Below are positions 40,677 to 44,748 of a DNA stretch of 44,748 bases, piece after piece. The notes below the pieces were generated by a model. The model saw nothing but the letters and a program-made list of their open reading frames with translations, was not told the DNA's origin and did no database searches. The stretch is taken from assembly GCA_046485285.1 (NCBI GenBank), contig JAWOHE010000062.1:1-44748 (forward strand), read 5' to 3'. This stretch comes from a bacterium (GTDB taxonomy: Bacteria; Hydrothermota; Tepidihabitantia; Tepidihabitantales; Tepidihabitantaceae). The stretch's first letter is position 1; the number at the start of each line of letters is the position of its first letter. Position numbers and translations under genes: made by a program.

Positions 40677-42128
40677 ATGCATCTGTTCATCGCGCTGGCG
40701 CTCTGCGCCTCTCTGCCGCCGGTCACCCGCTGGGTCAGCCCGGACGAATCGCGGCCGACCCCGTACCGTGACTGGCGCGACGCCGCCGAAGCCGGGCCTG
40801 CCTGGCAGGCGCGCCCGGTCCGGACCATCGCCGCCGGCGACGGCCGCATCGACATCATCATTCAGTCGGTGCTCGTCGACCCGCTCCGCGAACAGCTCGA
40901 TACCCTGCTCGCCGACATCGCCGCCGAAGGCTGGACCGCGGCGCTGATCTCAGCCCAAGGCTCCTCGCCCGAGTCGCTCCGCGCCTTCCTCGCCGCCGAG
41001 CTTGACTCCGGCCTCGTCAGCGCGGTGCTCGTCGGCGACCTGCCGGTCGCCTGGTTCCAGATGGTCAACGACTTCCAGGGAATTGGCGCTAACGACGGCT
41101 ACGAGGAGTTCCCCTGCGAGCTCTACTTCATGGACCTCAACGGCACCTGGCTCGACACGCTCGTCCGCGACGGCACGCGCGACTCGCTCGTCCCCGGCTC
41201 AGACGGCATCTTCGACACCCACTTCGGCCACGTCGCCCCGGAAATCGGCATCAGCCGAATGCCGATCCGCTCCATATCCGGGACCGACTCGCTGCTCCGG
41301 CCCTACTTGGAGCGCTCGCACGGCTGGCGCGCGGGCACCGTCCCCTCATCGCACCGCGCGCTCAGCTACATCGATGACGACTGGTACGACTGGGCCCAGG
41401 GCTGGGACGGCTACCACGGGCTCGTCTACGACGGCCGCGACGGCGTCTGGGACCGCGAGACCACCCGCTGTTCCGATTACCGCCGCCGCATCGACGACCT
41501 GCCCTACGAGTCGGTCCTGCTCTGCGCCCACTCCTGGCCCGGCGGCCACACGATGTACTTCGCCCGGCGCGACAGCCACGACTGGTTCTACGCCAGAGAG
41601 ATCCCAAGCGTCAACCCCGAAAGCCGATTCTGGAATCTCTTCGCCTGCTCCAACGCCCGGTTCACCGAGTGGAACTTCTCCGCCGGCCGCTATGTCTTCT
41701 CCGGCGAGCACGGCCTCGGCTCCATCGGCTCGACCAAGACCGGCTCGATGCTCGAGTTCCAGGACTGGTACCGGCCGCTCGCGGAGGGCGCCGACTTCAA
41801 CACGGCATTCCGCGACTGGTTCGCCGCCCGGGCCGCCGGCGGCTTCAACCCATCGGAGCGCAGCTGGTTCTACGGCATGGCGCTCATCGGCGACGGCACG
41901 CTCAGGCCGCGCGGCAACTCCTCAGGTGTCGCTCGGGACCCGACGGTGGTCCCGCTAGACCGCGCCGCGCCGACCATCCTCACCGCGGCCGCGCTCGCCC
42001 GGCTCGCCGGCCGCGTGCTCTATGACGTCACCGGCCGCACGGTCAATCCGGCCCGCCTCACGCCGGGCATCTACTACCTCAGCGCCGGCAACAACCTTCC
42101 GCCCCGCCGCATCGTCGTAACGCGCTAG
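40677..42128 (+). CDS. Secreted C25 (gingipain)-like cysteine peptidase with short C-terminal sorting tail
   Basis: VLVGDLP, ELYFMDLNG, PEIGISRMP, CAHS, FACSNARF, LIGDGTL; tail LYDVTGRTV...LTPGIYYL. Confidence 0.78.
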   Translation: MHLFIALALCASLPPVTRWVSPDESRPTPYRDWRDAAEAGPAWQARPVRTIAAGDGRIDIIIQSVLVDPLREQLDTLLADIAAEGWTAALISAQGSSPESLRAFLAAELDSGLVSAVLVGDLPVAWFQMVNDFQGIGANDGYEEFPCELYFMDLNGTWLDTLVRDGTRDSLVPGSDGIFDTHFGHVAPEIGISRMPIRSISGTDSLLRPYLERSHGWRAGTVPSSHRALSYIDDDWYDWAQGWDGYHGLVYDGRDGVWDRETTRCSDYRRRIDDLPYESVLLCAHSWPGGHTMYFARRDSHDWFYAREIPSVNPESRFWNLFACSNARFTEWNFSAGRYVFSGEHGLGSIGSTKTGSMLEFQDWYRPLAEGADFNTAFRDWFAARAAGGFNPSERSWFYGMALIGDGTLRPRGNSSGVARDPTVVPLDRAAPTILTAAALARLAGRVLYDVTGRTVNPARLTPGIYYLSAGNNLPPRRIVVTR

Positions 42129-42244
42129 GCGGACGGCTCGCGGAACGGCCGGGCAGGCAACGCTACTACCTTCTGTCGCGTCCCAGATGGCGAACGAGGA
42201 AACTCGATGACCCCAAGGCAATGCGCGAGAACAAGGAGAGCCCG

Positions 42245-42847
42245 GTGTTGACGCTTATCACGCTGACGATACTCACCCCCGCGGTCCCGGACGCCGACCG
42301 CGGCTTCTGGCTGGGCCCGGCCGCCGTCGCCAGCCCCACTGCTGCCTACTCCGACTACTACTACAGCGACGGGCACGGACAGCCTGTCGACACCTTCACC
42401 GTCATCAACAAGGACGGCTACTGGGGAATGGCCCTGCTCGCCGGCTACGCTCCGACCGACTGGGTACGGTTCCAGGCGACGTTACTCGAGATGCGCCGTA
42501 CGTGGTCCGGGTGCGTCAACCTCGCGCTCGCGCCCGCAGTCGGTCTCGACGTCCAGTTCGAGCTGCCGGTGCGCTGGCGCGTCCGGCCCTACCTCTGGGC
42601 CGGAGGCAACTGGACTGTGCGAATTGCCGCCGCCCTTCCGCCCGGGACCGTCAGCGTCGAGCCGATGATGATGTTCAACACCGGTCCGGGCGTCAGCGTG
42701 CTTATCACACCCCGGCTCAGCGCGTTCTTCGAGACCGGGCTTGCCGGCGTCTCACGCTACTCCGAGGTCGACACGAGGGACAGACTGGTATGGAACGTGG
42801 ACTGCAGCTACATCGCGGTCGAGCGTCCGAAGCTCGGGGTTCGCTGA
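42245..42847 (+). CDS. Small outer-membrane beta-barrel-like protein
   Basis: GTG after SD AAGGAG; VRPYLWAGG, PRLSAFFETG, KLGVR alternating strands. Confidence 0.6.
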   Translation: MLTLITLTILTPAVPDADRGFWLGPAAVASPTAAYSDYYYSDGHGQPVDTFTVINKDGYWGMALLAGYAPTDWVRFQATLLEMRRTWSGCVNLALAPAVGLDVQFELPVRWRVRPYLWAGGNWTVRIAAALPPGTVSVEPMMMFNTGPGVSVLITPRLSAFFETGLAGVSRYSEVDTRDRLVWNVDCSYIAVERPKLGVR

Positions 42848-43244
42848 TACCTGCCCTGACGCAGCGGAGTGCATGGACCTCCGCCGCTCCCCTCGCCTTA
42901 CCGGAACGTCGCTGGCCCGAAGTGGAAAGACACTTCCCGCCGCTTCTGACTTCTTCCTCAGGGGGATGTCCCCCTCCCCAACCATCGCGTCTTCGTGTCT
43001 CATCCGCTTCTCGCCCCTGCGCTCGGCTCGCGCCTGTTAGATGCCGCCGGGCGGGAAGCCTGGCGCCGATTCGTCAGTCCGCGGGGAACGAAACCCACCT
43101 GCCTCTCCCCAGCTCAACCGATTGCGCGCTCTTGCACCGCCCGCGCGAGTGTGGTTTTCGCGAGCCGAACCGCCGAGGGGGGCACTGTCCGGGGGACATC
43201 CGGGTAACCGCGACCGGGGTGCTTCCCCAAGTGCCAGTCCTGAG

Positions 43245-43801
43245 CGCCATCCGGGCGCTCATCCGGGCACCAGCCGGTCCGCCTGCCCGGGCACCGGGTA
43301 TGCGCCTCTCCAGAACGCCAGCCGAGCGGCCCGCCGGTCGGCCTGCCCGGGCACTCCCGAAGGACGGCTGGGTATGCAGGTGGCGGGCGGGCAGTCACGC
43401 CGGACAGCCCGGCAGGAAGTGCCCCTGTAAGTGGAGTCCGGATAGCTCGCGCCCTCGGCGCAACCGGGCTCATGGGGACGGGCCGGGACCGGCGAAGTCG
43501 GGTTCGTCGGGCTAAGTCACCGTGGGGACTGCGGGTTGCGCGTGGGCAGGAGCGCTCCGGGGGGTATACCCGGGGATATCCCCGGGACGGTTCCGGGGGC
43601 CGCCCCGGGTACCGCTCCGGGAGCCGTCTCCGGGGCCACTAGGGGGACCGCTCCTGGGGATATCCCCGGGACGGTTCCGGGGGCCACCCCGGGGACCGCT
43701 CCGGGAGCCGTCCCGGAGGCCGCTCCCGGGGCCGCTGGGGGAGGCGTCCCCGGGGCCGCTAGGGGAAGGCAGGTGGGGTTGGGGTACCCGATGCGACTCG
43801 A
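43245..43801 (+). repeat. Dispersed non-coding element, copy 2
   Basis: Colinear with 12909-13345; core 43361-43562. Confidence 0.9.
43552..43767 (+). repeat. 18 degenerate 12-bp tandem units
   Basis: e.g. atatccccggga, cggttccggggg, ccgctccgggag; an 84-bp higher-order duplication. Confidence 0.9.
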
Positions 43802-43828
43802 AACGCTCCGAGTCGTCTGCCCGAAGCC

Positions 43829-44662
43829 TTACTTCACCAGCACCAGCCGGCTGGATTCGCCGGTACCCTGCCTACGGACGAAGTAGACCCCACGCGCGAG
43901 GTGCCGGACGTCGTTCGCGCCGGGCTGGAGCAGCGCGACCCTGCGGCCGTCCGGTGCGTACAGCCCGACGCCCTTGGTCCCGGCGAGATGAACTGAGTAC
44001 CGCGCCGGGTTGGGCCGGAGCCTGAATGCGGACCGGGCAACCGGGGCGGACTCCGGTTCCTCCACCCCGGCGCCGAGGAACTCTACTATCCGCAGACCCC
44101 AACTGCCCAGGTAGGCGAGGTTACCTGCCACGGCCACGTCACCTGCGCTGTAGTAGGGCCACGAAGTCTTGCGATGATACCCGACCTCTCTCGGATTGGT
44201 GGGGTCCGTGATGTCGTACACAAACAGACCATTCGACGATGCCGTAACATATGCCAGATTACCGGACAGCGCGACGCGAAGACAGCTCGTGCGGGTGTGC
44301 CGGGATGCGACAAGCACGGGTTCCGCCGGGTTGGAGACGTCAAACACGCGGACATAGCCGGAGTCCGGGGGAGACCCCGGCCAGCCGTCGTCAGCCACAT
44401 ACACGTAGTCACCGGCAACATCGAGTCCCCAAGCGCCTGCCGGCATGTCGGAGTGACCCACCTCATACGGATTCGCAGGGTCAGCGACGTTGACGATTCG
44501 CAGTCCACCGCCGGAACTTGCGACATACGCCAGGTCGCCAGCTACCTTCACGTCGACAGCGAAGCCCGGCAGTTGGCACTGCCCGTGCTCGAGCGGGTTG
44601 CCCGGGTCACGGACATCAACCACCCGCAGACTCCCCCAACTCGCGAGATAGGCATAGTCGCC
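43829..44662 (-). pseudogene. 5'-truncated LVIVD-repeat propeller protein with C-terminal sorting domain
   Basis: GDYAYLA..LRVVDV.DP.NP repeats; GVEE linker, PNPA, LYAPDGRRV, GVYFV; in-frame TGA at 44684-44686, no signal peptide. Confidence 0.7.
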
Positions 44663-44748
44663 CTGTCTTCGGTTGCTCTTCTGTCATACTTGCCTCCTCG
44701 CATGCGAGTTCACGTCTGTTGAATGCGTTGCCGCCGTCATCCGTCCTC

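Noticed and set aside
42975-43043. Integron attC-like end (GTTAGAT) with upstream CCCAAC
   Set aside because: Inner boxes are not complementary, single instance, no integrase
43552-43767. CRISPR array
   Set aside because: Contiguous 12-bp units, no unique spacers, no cas genes
43536-43886. PGxx tetrapeptide-repeat ORF
   Set aside because: No SD or promoter, overlaps the convergent gene, explained by the 12-bp array

Overview
High-GC bacterial chromosome segment, no phage, IS or CRISPR seen. Gene style (rplM-rpsI-rpsB-tsf block, many secreted proteins with T9SS/FlgD-like C-terminal tails, PorV-family barrel, C25 peptidase) suggests an FCB-group candidate phylum such as WOR-3 (inference). Contents: tRNA-fMet, fbp(class V)-moxR-yceD-mazG, the rplM..cdsA operon, a sensor kinase, an archaeal-type thiolase-like/DUF35 pair, a stand-alone EF-G, proS, spt plus a ceramide-synthase-like GNAT, and ligA-recG. 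Best candidate for an undescribed system: an 8-gene operon (21084-29858) joining a CTD-bearing Ig protein, a PorV-family barrel fused to a FlgD-Ig domain, a large TPR protein, ExbB, two ExbDs (one lacking the essential Asp), TonB and a FlgD-Ig/OmpA-like protein, with no TonB-dependent receptor. It may be a TonB-energised export or anchoring machine for CTD proteins. Also notable: a non-coding element present twice (about 200-bp core flanked by 12-bp variable arrays), pervasive leaderless promoter architecture, and remnants of CTD-gene shuffling. Family assignments come from motif recognition, not database searches.
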